Of a stretch of 64,000 nucleotides of DNA, positions 47,326 to 57,073 are shown in pieces. Every line of letters begins with the position of its first letter. Positions within the stretch are counted from its first letter, which is position 1. Made by a program: the position numbers and the translations under genes. The stretch comes from an uncultured virus (IMG/VR IMGVR_UViG_3300009512_000012) (Duplodnaviria > Heunggongvirae > Uroviricota > Caudoviricetes), in the IMG/VR virus record IMGVR_UViG_3300009512_000012, one strand, 5' to 3'. The notes under the pieces are model-generated. The model had not been told where the DNA came from. It did no database searches and worked only from the letters and a program-made list of their open reading frames with translations.

Positions 47326-47477
47326 TTAAGGTCTCCTTTTATGTTAACCACCATATTATTGGTGGGATTCTACTGTAAGAAATCAGGTTGCCCCTATCTT
47401 ACATCACGGAGCCTTTTTTAGGGGCCCCATATGTATTAATACAACGGACGAATCCGTTATAAACTTATTTATACGCC

Positions 47478-48746
47478 TTATGAGGCAGCCACATCTACAC
47501 CTCTTAGGATGTTTGCAGTACCTGATGAAGAACCAGAAGCAAGGAATGTTGCAGAATCACTTAATGATGTCTCCACTTCAAGTGCGTCTCCATTGATTAC
47601 TTCGGCGTTTCTACCGTCACTATTGTTATCGGCAGCGTTACCAGATTCTTGTACCAATTGGAAAGTATGTCCGTCTTGGTTAGAGATACCTGCTAAGTCA
47701 GTAGTTGCTTCCTCTAATGTGAAACCTACTGATTCATCGGCACCAGTTCTAGTAATTGTCATAACATCGCTTCTTGTAGCAAATGCTGGACCTGCTACTC
47801 CAAAACCTAGAGCATCTACAATAATTTCTTCACCACCGTTAGTGTTGAATATTAAATCTACATTGTCTGCGATTGTAATTGCTTCACTTAATGTTACAGA
47901 TGTTGAACCATTAGTTGCAGTTACAGTTAAGTCATTGTTTGTAGAAATTGCAGTATTGCCATCAGTATCATTAATTGCAAGAGTTGATGTATCTTTTACA
48001 GTTACAACATCGCCTACTGCGATTGTACCAGAGTTGTTATCTAATACTAATGCTGTTGTTGCAGTTGTGATTGCACCGTTAACTTTTGCAGATTTACCAG
48101 CACTACCTTCAGCAAGTAATTTTCCACCAAATGAAGTTCCGTTTTCTAAACGTAAACTTAATGCTGAAGAACCATCTTCCTCGTCTAATGTTGCTGAACC
48201 ATCAAAGTTAATACCTGTTACAATACCTGCATCCCCTACGCCTTCGCCGTTGAAAGCAAGGTGACCTGCAGCTGCATTAGTTTGAGCTGTTCCTCTGAAT
48301 ACTAATTGGTTTGAACCTGAACCAGAGAAATACATACAAGCCATTGTACTATCTTCTACCATGTCTGTTTTACCAACTCTTGATAGTAAGATATATGCTT
48401 TGTTTGTAATTGTTTGGTTAGCACTCCAAGCAGCTGATGTTACATCTACTGCTTCATCAAATGTTATTGTGATGTCGAATAGACCAGTATCACCGACAGT
48501 TGCGTCAGTCCAATTCATACCTATGATTGATGCAGAACCAAATGCTTCTGCTAAATTCTTTACACATACCAATACTTCTGGTTGTGCGTTTTTGTTATCG
48601 TTACCACTAGCAGCGAGACCAGGAGTTAATCCCCAGCCGCCTGTTACTGCAATGGCGTGTTCTTTGGCACCAGACGAACCACCAGCATTCTTGTCATCAG
48701 GCAAGAACTTAGGTTTTTCGGCTGTTGTTACTCCCCATAATCCCAT
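47478..48746 (-). CDS. virion structural protein (MGLWG N-terminus)
   Basis: Thr/Gly/Ala/Asp-rich beta protein; late promoter at 48787-48794; AAGGAG SD. Confidence 0.65.
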   Translation of the reverse strand: MGLWGVTTAEKPKFLPDDKNAGGSSGAKEHAIAVTGGWGLTPGLAASGNDNKNAQPEVLVCVKNLAEAFGSASIIGMNWTDATVGDTGLFDITITFDEAVDVTSAAWSANQTITNKAYILLSRVGKTDMVEDSTMACMYFSGSGSNQLVFRGTAQTNAAAGHLAFNGEGVGDAGIVTGINFDGSATLDEEDGSSALSLRLENGTSFGGKLLAEGSAGKSAKVNGAITTATTALVLDNNSGTIAVGDVVTVKDTSTLAINDTDGNTAISTNNDLTVTATNGSTSVTLSEAITIADNVDLIFNTNGGEEIIVDALGFGVAGPAFATRSDVMTITRTGADESVGFTLEEATTDLAGISNQDGHTFQLVQESGNAADNNSDGRNAEVINGDALEVETSLSDSATFLASGSSSGTANILRGVDVAAS

Positions 48747-48794
48747 GTTAGTCTCCTTTATTTGATTTTATAAAATCTTTTAACATTATTTATA

Positions 48795-49316
48795 CTATTT
48801 AAACCCTTGTCTTTTAAGTTCAGATAAAGTTTTCACAGTGTTTATATGCAATATTCCTATCCCACCCGCAGATTCCCACTCTTTGATGTTCTTTTCATAA
48901 TCATCTATAAGGATATTAGGTCTATCCTTCGTTACTGCGAATCTTTTCTTTTGGTCACGTAACACTAAATTAGTGTCTTTTTTCTTTATATTAGTAAGTT
49001 TCTGTAACCATTGCAACTTTCCCTTTTTAGAGGAAGCCGCCATTTTGTCTGAATAAGCAGATAAAATCTTAGGATTATATCTTGCAATAAATTGATATAA
49101 TTTCTTTCCACCAGACATCCACTCTAAATCAGACCAAAACTTTGAACCACCAGAGACAATCTTATCCCAACGTGTTTTTCTATCAGCAGTTGCAAATATA
49201 CCACCTACAGCATTATTTGCACCTCTTATGAAATCACATAGTACTCCGTCCATGTCACAATATATTTGTGGCAAATCTTCCGTACTTGTCTTCATTGCTT
49301 CGACAAGTGATATCAT
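48795..49316 (-). CDS. HAD 5'(3')-deoxyribonucleotidase-like phosphatase
   Basis: YCDMDGVLCDF, ILIDD...NIKEW..AGGIGI motifs. Confidence 0.88.
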   Translation of the reverse strand: MISLVEAMKTSTEDLPQIYCDMDGVLCDFIRGANNAVGGIFATADRKTRWDKIVSGGSKFWSDLEWMSGGKKLYQFIARYNPKILSAYSDKMAASSKKGKLQWLQKLTNIKKKDTNLVLRDQKKRFAVTKDRPNILIDDYEKNIKEWESAGGIGILHINTVKTLSELKRQGFK

Positions 49317-49317
49317 A

Positions 49318-50037
49318 TTATACCTTTGGGTTAACTTCTACTTTGGTTTCTTTCTTACCAGTCATAGTTTTTTCTTGTTTATCCTTTGGTTTTTCGCCTT
49401 TTTCTTTTTTAGAAATTGCTATAGCAGCTTGTTGTGCTGGATTCATTGCTTCATTAGCCCAAATCTTAGCAACTGCATCTTTCATAGATGAATGTTTTGC
49501 GGTCCAAGCGTCAGCCATTTGCTTTAAAGCATTAGTTTCTTCATTCTTTACTGCTTTAGAGATTGCTTTACGTCTTTTATGTAAATACTTATCAGTAGAA
49601 TCTGTATCACCATCATTATCGATATCTTTATCTTTTCTGTCAGCGAACTTTTTCTTTACTGCCTTAGGTTGAACTGCGTCCATACCTTCACCATCGTCAG
49701 ACTTATCATTCTTATTAGTCTCTTTAACATTTGGCTTTTCATGTGAGTAACCCATTTTCTTCATTCTTAGGTGGTCATCCATAACTTTTGCCATAGTGCC
49801 TTTACCTGTTTTTGGGTCATACATCATATGAGGTTTGAAATCATCTTTTTCTTCATTGTAATTTTTATATGATTCTGTTTCGTATTGTTTACCGTTAACT
49901 GCAAAGAATTTTTTACCATTCTCTCTTGCAGCCATTAGTTCTTTTGTAAATTTGTTGCCTTCTTTTGCAACTGTTTCACCGAAAATCTGTTTGATTTTAT
50001 TCTCAAGACCTTCAGAGTTTCTATTAAAATAAGTCAT
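49318..50037 (-). CDS. modular putative internal head protein
   Basis: DFKPHMMYDP and DKDIDNDGDTDSTDKYLHKRRKAI modules separated by x-x-E linkers. Confidence 0.6.
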   Translation of the reverse strand: MTYFNRNSEGLENKIKQIFGETVAKEGNKFTKELMAARENGKKFFAVNGKQYETESYKNYNEEKDDFKPHMMYDPKTGKGTMAKVMDDHLRMKKMGYSHEKPNVKETNKNDKSDDGEGMDAVQPKAVKKKFADRKDKDIDNDGDTDSTDKYLHKRRKAISKAVKNEETNALKQMADAWTAKHSSMKDAVAKIWANEAMNPAQQAAIAISKKEKGEKPKDKQEKTMTGKKETKVEVNPKV

Positions 50038-51654
50038 TTATTTCTCCTTTAATGCCTTAAGTAAATCTTTATAGGACTTTCCAGCAGCCTTTTGAAATTT
50101 TTCTTTTTCTGCTGGTCTTTTAATCATATTATACTTATTACTTACTGCTCGTGCGATATCTAATGGTACCTTTTGTTTCTTTCCGTCTTCGAATTCTACT
50201 TTAAAGTTACCTTTCAAATCAACAGACTTTCTCATTTGCATAATGATATGCTTGTTAGCACTTTCATCATCATGTATTTCACCACTATCTGGGTCATATC
50301 TTTTCTTTGAAGGTGTTACTCCATATCGTGATTTTCTTCCCTCTTCTACTGGTGTAGTAATATAGTCTCTTAATTTGTTCATCGAGTTACTTGCAACAGC
50401 AAGTTTATTTGTCCACCATGTGTCTAAATTTTCATCACTTCTTGATGAAAGAGATTGTTCTATTTGACTAGCATCTTCACTAATTGTTTTACACATTCTT
50501 ATTGAACTTGGAACATCCATGTGTCCGTCTTCTTTTATTGATTTTTCTAAATCAGATGCTTGTCCAGCATGTGCTTTACTTGCACCCTTGAGTTCCTTGA
50601 GTTTTTTAATAATTTCTTTTACTTTAGGTTCATCTTCTTTATCTAATGCTTCTTTAATTCTAACATAAAATTTACTATTGAAAGGTGATTGATAGGCATC
50701 TGCTTTTGCACCTTTGTGTTGTTTCATTAAAGAACTAGCCGCATTGTCAGCCTGTGTTCTGTTTGTATAAATTTTGTCTAGTACTTTAGCACCATTTTTA
50801 AGTTTGATAGTTTTCATATTTGGTATTTTTAATTTTTCTTCTATTTCTTCTTTTACATAAGTGTTAAACATACCAACTTCTTTTTTAATTCTATTAAGTA
50901 ACGGTTGTTGTTTATCTTTAGAAACGCCTTTTATTACAAGTCCGTTAGAACCACTTTTTTCATATTCAATTTTTTCTTTATCTAACATAACAATAACTTT
51001 TACTCTATGATTAGGATTTGAAGAAATACCAAACAGTTCTTCTAATTCTTCTTTTAAACCAGATAATTTACTTGCTTGTATAAGTTTTTTCATTAAATCT
51101 TTTAATTCTTTTTTATCTTTAATAAAAATGCTTCCACTCATACCACCAGACTTATTAATTTCTAAACCTTTCTTAGATGGGTCTTTTGCATTTTTGTAAG
51201 GTTTGATTGAAATAGATTCTTCTATTTCTTCTTTACTTAATCTTATTTTTGCAGGTGTTTCTAAACTACCCCCTTTAATTGTTTTATTAAAGAGAATATC
51301 AACAACAGTAGTTAATGATTTAATATCACCATCTAACTCAATACCACCTGGTATCTTTGTTGCTTTAACATCCTTCGCTTTTTTTAATGCTTGTGAAATA
51401 GTTTTCATAACACTTGCATCTTTCATATCTGTAATTTTAACCTTTTCTTCGTTAGCAGCTATTTGAAAATTTTCATTCTTGTCTTTTGCATCTAAATATG
51501 CAGCTACTGCCATCTTATCTTTTTCCTTTTCAGTTTTTCCTTTGAACTGTGGGGCATCAGATTTTCTAAAATCTTTAACATATGCACCAGCACCATCCTT
51601 CGGATTTAACACCTCATTGTAGAGTTGTGTGTCTGTTTTACTATATTTTGACAT
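50038..51654 (-). CDS. modular putative internal head polyprotein
   Basis: Short modules separated by EEIEE/EELEE/IKE linkers; late promoter at 51673-51680. Confidence 0.6.
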   Translation of the reverse strand: MSKYSKTDTQLYNEVLNPKDGAGAYVKDFRKSDAPQFKGKTEKEKDKMAVAAYLDAKDKNENFQIAANEEKVKITDMKDASVMKTISQALKKAKDVKATKIPGGIELDGDIKSLTTVVDILFNKTIKGGSLETPAKIRLSKEEIEESISIKPYKNAKDPSKKGLEINKSGGMSGSIFIKDKKELKDLMKKLIQASKLSGLKEELEELFGISSNPNHRVKVIVMLDKEKIEYEKSGSNGLVIKGVSKDKQQPLLNRIKKEVGMFNTYVKEEIEEKLKIPNMKTIKLKNGAKVLDKIYTNRTQADNAASSLMKQHKGAKADAYQSPFNSKFYVRIKEALDKEDEPKVKEIIKKLKELKGASKAHAGQASDLEKSIKEDGHMDVPSSIRMCKTISEDASQIEQSLSSRSDENLDTWWTNKLAVASNSMNKLRDYITTPVEEGRKSRYGVTPSKKRYDPDSGEIHDDESANKHIIMQMRKSVDLKGNFKVEFEDGKKQKVPLDIARAVSNKYNMIKRPAEKEKFQKAAGKSYKDLLKALKEK

Positions 51655-51685
51655 ATTTTTTCCCCATATACCTATTTATAAGTTC

Positions 51686-51988
51686 TTAGATACTACCTGA
51701 CTGTCCTAAATCTAGGTTATTATCCGTATTAGCACCAATTGGCTCCATTGCATCAAATACAAATCCTATAGAAACACCAAATACATCCTGTGCGCCTGAT
51801 TCAAATCCACTTTCAACATCACTATCTGTTTGTGGGCCAAATACTCCGTCTGAAACAAAAACTTGTTCGGCATTAGCCGCATAGAAATGTATTTCATCTG
51901 CTGTTTCGAAATCTATTTTAGTTTGGTCGTCTTCACCAATTTTAATATCAGTTGCAAGAGACATAAAATCTGTTAAAGTTTCAGCCAT
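51686..51988 (-). CDS. short tail-fibre-like fragment or remnant
   Basis: DIKIGEDDQTKIDFETADEIHFYAAN segment typical of long fibre proteins, but only 100 aa. Confidence 0.45.
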   Translation of the reverse strand: MAETLTDFMSLATDIKIGEDDQTKIDFETADEIHFYAANAEQVFVSDGVFGPQTDSDVESGFESGAQDVFGVSIGFVFDAMEPIGANTDNNLDLGQSGSI

Positions 51989-51989
51989 A

Positions 51990-53870
51990 TTATCCCTTCA
52001 TCAAGTCCGTTACGGATTTCGTACTCCAAAATTTACAAGACCAATAACCTGCTGTTGTTTTGTCAGTCTTTTGGTCACAGTTATGTCTTGCTCTAAATGA
52101 GGCTCTTCTTTTTGGGTCATCTCTTTTAATAGACATATTTGGGTCACCAAACTCTACTTTGACGACATTACCTTTGTCATTTTTTACATAAACTTTATAT
52201 TTTTTTCTATCACCTGTTGTAGGATTATTAAGTTTAACTTTTCTTCCTTGATACTCTGCATCTTCGGTTATTTCGCCCCATGCATTTTTAAGTATGAATT
52301 GTCCGAATGAATCTCTTTTCTCTTTAATAGGTTTAACTACAACTGTTTCAGCAGTATCACATTGCATACAACAATCTGGTGTGCCACAGTTTTCATGAAC
52401 AACTGGTTTAACTTTTTCAAGTAACTTTTTATATGTTTCCGTTAACTTAATATACCATTCATTTCCATATTTTAATTCATATTTTTCTTGAACAGTTTCA
52501 CTCTTATACCATTTTTCAATTTCTTCTTTTGTAGTTTTTTTATTCTCGCCCGGTGTTATTTCTTTCGTGTGGTCGGCATAAGGTTTACCTATATCGTAAG
52601 CCTCTTTTGTTCCTCTTGCTTTTGCAGCTAAATCTTTATCAGCTCCACCCCATGTTCCTTTAGATTTAGTTACAAAAGAATTAACTCTTGCAAATGCCCA
52701 TTGTTGTGGAGTAGTACCAGGTCTATGACCAGTTCTCCATGCAGCCATTCCTCTGTTGTAAACTTGTTTTAGTATTCCGTAAGAAATACCTGACTTTTCT
52801 GCTTTCTTTACTAAACCTTCAATTTTTTCTTGTAAGTCTTTGTCCATAGTTTGTGGCATATCTTCACCAAACATTTGTTTATATTTCTTAGTATGTTTAC
52901 TTGGTTTAGTTTTCCCTTTTGCATCACCTGGTGCTGGAGCATATGCAGCTGGATTATCATCATCCATTTTTGAACCTTTTTTAAAGTGAGCATCTCTAGC
53001 ATCTTTACTTTTTTTAGAAACACCTGCAAAGTATTTCGCAGGTTGTGTACCTGCCTTATCTTTAACATCTTTATCTTGTTTTACTTCATGCAACCATGCT
53101 TTGTGAACTTTTCCGTCTCTGTCATTAAATGTAATATAGTTTGTTCCTCTTTGAATAATTTTTCCTTCTATTCCTTTTGCTTCGACTAAATCACCAATGT
53201 TCCAAATTTGACCTGTGAGATAATTGTCTCTTAGTCTCTCATAATCATTCATACTACCCATATCTTTCTGTTCTCTAATTCCCATATATTTTCTTAAATC
53301 TCTAAATAATTTTTTTCCGTCTTTAAATGAAGTTGGAAGACCATCAACAAAATCATCGTACTCACCTTTGTTTGCATGATATCTCATTTTAGAAGCAGAC
53401 ATACCAGAAACACCTTCAGCGTCTGGGTCTCTTTCTCCAGCAGATACTACGTCTATATTATCAAATTTATAATAACCGTGTCTCTTACCATTAACTCCAT
53501 TGTATTTTTTTAGTAACGTTTCAAACTCTTTTACTCTATCAGAACCTGCAACCATTTTTAAATCTGTGTACCCTTGGTCATATAACTTAACTGCAATATT
53601 AATAGCAGTAATTGCCTTTTTGTCAGCAATAATATTTTTTTTATGTTTTGGAAACATCTTTCTCATATATGCTATTTTTAATGCATGAGGTAAAGGGTCT
53701 TTGTTTGGATTCTGTGAAAAACTCGGATAGATTCTATAATCATTAGAACCTGCAACTTGTTTTGTTTTGTCTATTAATTTTTCATGACCAGTTGTTGGTG
53801 GATTAAATCTACCAAATGCAAATACAACACTCTTACCTGGTGCTTCAAATACGTTAAATTTTTTAATCAT
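51990..53870 (-). CDS. HxGH-class nucleotidyltransferase (cytidylyltransferase-like) with multiple C-terminal modules
   Basis: FGRFNPPTTGHEKL, VAGSDRV, GMSASKMR; then further modules (QQWAFARVNSF; FRARHNC...YWSC). Confidence 0.8.
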   Translation of the reverse strand: MIKKFNVFEAPGKSVVFAFGRFNPPTTGHEKLIDKTKQVAGSNDYRIYPSFSQNPNKDPLPHALKIAYMRKMFPKHKKNIIADKKAITAINIAVKLYDQGYTDLKMVAGSDRVKEFETLLKKYNGVNGKRHGYYKFDNIDVVSAGERDPDAEGVSGMSASKMRYHANKGEYDDFVDGLPTSFKDGKKLFRDLRKYMGIREQKDMGSMNDYERLRDNYLTGQIWNIGDLVEAKGIEGKIIQRGTNYITFNDRDGKVHKAWLHEVKQDKDVKDKAGTQPAKYFAGVSKKSKDARDAHFKKGSKMDDDNPAAYAPAPGDAKGKTKPSKHTKKYKQMFGEDMPQTMDKDLQEKIEGLVKKAEKSGISYGILKQVYNRGMAAWRTGHRPGTTPQQWAFARVNSFVTKSKGTWGGADKDLAAKARGTKEAYDIGKPYADHTKEITPGENKKTTKEEIEKWYKSETVQEKYELKYGNEWYIKLTETYKKLLEKVKPVVHENCGTPDCCMQCDTAETVVVKPIKEKRDSFGQFILKNAWGEITEDAEYQGRKVKLNNPTTGDRKKYKVYVKNDKGNVVKVEFGDPNMSIKRDDPKRRASFRARHNCDQKTDKTTAGYWSCKFWSTKSVTDLMKG

Positions 53871-54246
53871 CTTTATTCGCCATCCTTGCCTTTTTAACCT
53901 TTTCTATCTCGCCCTTTTTAACTTTGATTAAACTTCTCTTTGCAATCTTATCAATCGTAGCTCCATATTTTGCTTTAATCAATTGGTCAACTTTCATTCG
54001 TTGCATAGGTGACATATTGTCATAGTTCTTATAAAATTTGTTAATGATAATTTTCTTTGCCATCTTATTTGCCTTGATACGTTGTTTCATAGGCGAAGCA
54101 ATCTTTTTCATTGCTCTTTCTTTTTTGGCTTTAAATGCTGATGTTTTGGCTAGACGAGCCATTCTTCTACCAATCTTTCTTCTTTGTGCGACTGATATAA
54201 CTCGTAGTTCTTTGATTGTCGAAACTAAGTCTTTAAATGTTTTCAT
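53863..54246 (-). CDS. basic helical prohead-core-like protein
   Basis: MKTFKDLVSTIKE N-terminus; very Lys/Arg-rich. Confidence 0.55.
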   Translation of the reverse strand: MKTFKDLVSTIKELRVISVAQRRKIGRRMARLAKTSAFKAKKERAMKKIASPMKQRIKANKMAKKIIINKFYKNYDNMSPMQRMKVDQLIKAKYGATIDKIAKRSLIKVKKGEIEKVKKARMANKDD

Positions 54247-55484
54247 CTATCCCATGACTTTACTGCTGTGAAGTTATTGAAAGAAAATTCCATTCTATCA
54301 ACTAGTTTTACAGCATTACCAGATACTCTATCTATTGCAACATAACCCTCTGGGTTTACCACTTTATAACCATTATTTGTTCGAATAAACGTATCTGTTA
54401 ATTGTTTAACACTATTTAGTTTCCTGACGATTTGCATCTTTGCATCAATTAAGAAGTTTTGATACTTTACCAGTTCAACTAGATTTTTAACGTGTTTTTT
54501 CATTTCAATACTATATTGTTTCTGAATATTCTCATATTTCTTCTTACCTGCAGCTGATTTGACTTTATCTATCTGTTTTTGTATAGAATCTTCTACCCAC
54601 CCAACATATTCTGATGCGTGTTTATTAGGATTTGTTATCTTTTGTCCTCTACGAACTTTGCTATTTGTATATGTTTTCCATGATGCACCTGCAATTTGAC
54701 CTGTCATAGATTCTTGTAACTTAAGAAACTTCTTCAACATAGTGGCATTAATCTTTTGAAATGTCTTTCCAACTAATGATAGTGAAGATGTAACGGCATC
54801 TGTTTCTTTGGAATTCATTGTTGCCTCACCTGATACATCTTTGTATGTCGCATCATCTTGCCAAACGCTTGATACTTTAGTCAACTTACTAATGTCAGCA
54901 CCAAAGGAAGCTTTCATACCCTGTAAAGTTTTTCCTGTGTATGTTGTATGCCAGACAATACCAACTTTTGCTTTTTTTATAGTCTTTGCAAAATCAGAAT
55001 CGACAGGTACAGCATAAACAATTGTATTGGGTTGAAATGTAATAAACTTTTCACCATCGATTGTATCTGTTTCTAAATCATCTGTAAACATAAGGTCACC
55101 CTGAAGTACATTCTCAATACCAAGTTTTGAAAATTCTTTTAATGCAACTTTAAACTTTGCATTTAATTCGCCAGATAAATCGGCATCTATCTCTTCATTT
55201 GTTTTATATAATTTTGGATTAACATTGAAAACTGATTTCTTTGCAACAAAAAACTTATCATCCTCTGGGTCAATACCTGCAAAGATAGCTGGAGCACCAT
55301 CCCACTTAACAGTCATATTAACAGATGAACGACTATTACCTGCCAACATATCTCTTAATGAACGCAAGAAATTAATTGCAGCTCTTCCACCATCAACACC
55401 AAAGTTAATAATCTCATCTTCTAAATGTTCTAGGTGAAGATTCTTACCTGCTTTGTTTTCTTGTAAATCTGTAAACTTCATCAT
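54243..55484 (-). CDS. conserved T4-like protein with ligase-type KxDG motif
   Basis: NLHLEHLED, TVKWDGAPA, LQGDLMF, PEGYVA, KLVDRMEFS. Confidence 0.7.
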   Translation of the reverse strand: MMKFTDLQENKAGKNLHLEHLEDEIINFGVDGGRAAINFLRSLRDMLAGNSRSSVNMTVKWDGAPAIFAGIDPEDDKFFVAKKSVFNVNPKLYKTNEEIDADLSGELNAKFKVALKEFSKLGIENVLQGDLMFTDDLETDTIDGEKFITFQPNTIVYAVPVDSDFAKTIKKAKVGIVWHTTYTGKTLQGMKASFGADISKLTKVSSVWQDDATYKDVSGEATMNSKETDAVTSSLSLVGKTFQKINATMLKKFLKLQESMTGQIAGASWKTYTNSKVRRGQKITNPNKHASEYVGWVEDSIQKQIDKVKSAAGKKKYENIQKQYSIEMKKHVKNLVELVKYQNFLIDAKMQIVRKLNSVKQLTDTFIRTNNGYKVVNPEGYVAIDRVSGNAVKLVDRMEFSFNNFTAVKSWDR

Positions 55485-56815
55485 TTTGCCAATCCGTTGT
55501 ATTTAACTGCAAGACTAAACTGTCCTAACTTTTTCATTCCAGCATGACCTGATTTATTTGTTCTTACTGTCATGTTCATTTTAAGTGAATCTGGGCCAGA
55601 TGTCAACTCAATAAACCAATTTTGTTTTGACTTTCCAGCATATGCTTTAATAAATTTAACTTGTGGTAAGAACACACCTATAGCATCTTTATCAGTTACT
55701 TCTTCATAACTACTATCAATTGCTTTAATAACAATTGTAGGAACATCTGGTGCATCTCTTAAAATTTCAGATTTAATATAGTTAATCGAACCTTGTTTGT
55801 TTTTATTAAATAAATTAACTAATCCTTTTCTCATAATTTCTAGATACTGATTATAATACTCTTCGTATTTTTCATTATTTTTTTTATCAAAATCTTTTAA
55901 TATTAATTTTGTTTTTTTATCTCGTATAAAAGATTTTGCATCTGATATGCCTGGTATCTTTGAGTAAACTTCTTTGTGTGCTTGTTGAATTAATTTTCCA
56001 TAAGTTCTATCTTTAAATACATCAAATACTCTTCCAACATAGGTATTTAATTGTGGTTCAGATGTTTTCTTTCCACCTGCTTTTAAACTGACACCTAACA
56101 TTTGTTTATCAAAATATTCAATAAACATGTCACCTGGATGATTGCCTGGCACCCCGGGTGGTTTTGAACTTGACCTATAACCCCAATAGACATCTTTAAT
56201 TTTTTTGTTTTTGTTTTCTTGATTTAAATATCCTAATATTCCAATTGCATTTTCCATTTTTTCATCAAACTTAGATGATGTATCTGCTTTGTTTATAGTT
56301 TCTTGTGCAGCCACAACATCTTTTGTATGAACGCAGTTTAAAGATTTAATATCTACATCTAATAAAAATTTATGAAAGTCTGTTGGATTGGAAGGTTTGT
56401 ATTTCTTTTCAAATGCAATACATGGGAATAACTCTGTGATACTTGAGTTTAAAGTTGTTTCTTGCATACCACCTGATTTTGGTTTGACAAAAATACGGAA
56501 TTTTCTAAATCCAATTGTGCCATCAATTGGGTCGACTGATGATGAACTTGTACCTAAAGCAGATTTGATACCTTGTTGTTTAAGGTTTCGAAGTATCTCG
56601 TCTCTGTCGTTTTCTCTATCACCAGAACGAGCAATATAAACATCTCTTATTGAAGTTGTTAGTTTTTCAGATTTTTCATAAGGTAATTCAGCAAATACTC
56701 CTTTAGGAAGTACTTCCTCTGAAATAATCTCTTCAACAATATCTAGTTTTTCTAGAATATGTTTAGATTGTTTTGTATTTCTGACTTGTTGTACATATTG
56801 TCTAATAGACATCAA
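55481..56815 (-). CDS. putative PD-(D/E)xK endonuclease
   Basis: TELFPC...PGDMFIEY...GVSLKAG restriction-like motif arrangement. Confidence 0.55.
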   Translation of the reverse strand: MMSIRQYVQQVRNTKQSKHILEKLDIVEEIISEEVLPKGVFAELPYEKSEKLTTSIRDVYIARSGDRENDRDEILRNLKQQGIKSALGTSSSSVDPIDGTIGFRKFRIFVKPKSGGMQETTLNSSITELFPCIAFEKKYKPSNPTDFHKFLLDVDIKSLNCVHTKDVVAAQETINKADTSSKFDEKMENAIGILGYLNQENKNKKIKDVYWGYRSSSKPPGVPGNHPGDMFIEYFDKQMLGVSLKAGGKKTSEPQLNTYVGRVFDVFKDRTYGKLIQQAHKEVYSKIPGISDAKSFIRDKKTKLILKDFDKKNNEKYEEYYNQYLEIMRKGLVNLFNKNKQGSINYIKSEILRDAPDVPTIVIKAIDSSYEEVTDKDAIGVFLPQVKFIKAYAGKSKQNWFIELTSGPDSLKMNMTVRTNKSGHAGMKKLGQFSLAVKYNGLAK

Positions 56816-56851
56816 TAGCTCCCATTTATTATAATATAATCTTGAAAGTAT

Positions 56852-57073
56852 TTATGCTTTATACATTCGCATCATTTTAGGTATTTCGCCAGTTCCGAAC
56901 GTAGGTTCGTGATTTTGTTTATGACACCATAATTCAGCGTCCTCTTGAAACTCAAAATTCCATATAATGTTGTCTGTTTTCTTATCAATTGCAACAAAAG
57001 GATAGTTTAAATTAGAATCGTCAACACCAACATAGTATCTTTTTTTAAACTTTGATACCTTGAAATTTCGCAT
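56852..57073 (-). CDS. hypothetical protein
   Basis: GGAGG SD; FQEDA motif. Confidence 0.55.
   Translation of the reverse strand: MRNFKVSKFKKRYYVGVDDSNLNYPFVAIDKKTDNIIWNFEFQEDAELWCHKQNHEPTFGTGEIPKMMRMYKA

Noticed and set aside
47509..48264. 251 aa plus-strand ORF
   Set aside because: Antisense shadow of the structural gene 47478..48746, caused by its codon bias; no SD or motifs.
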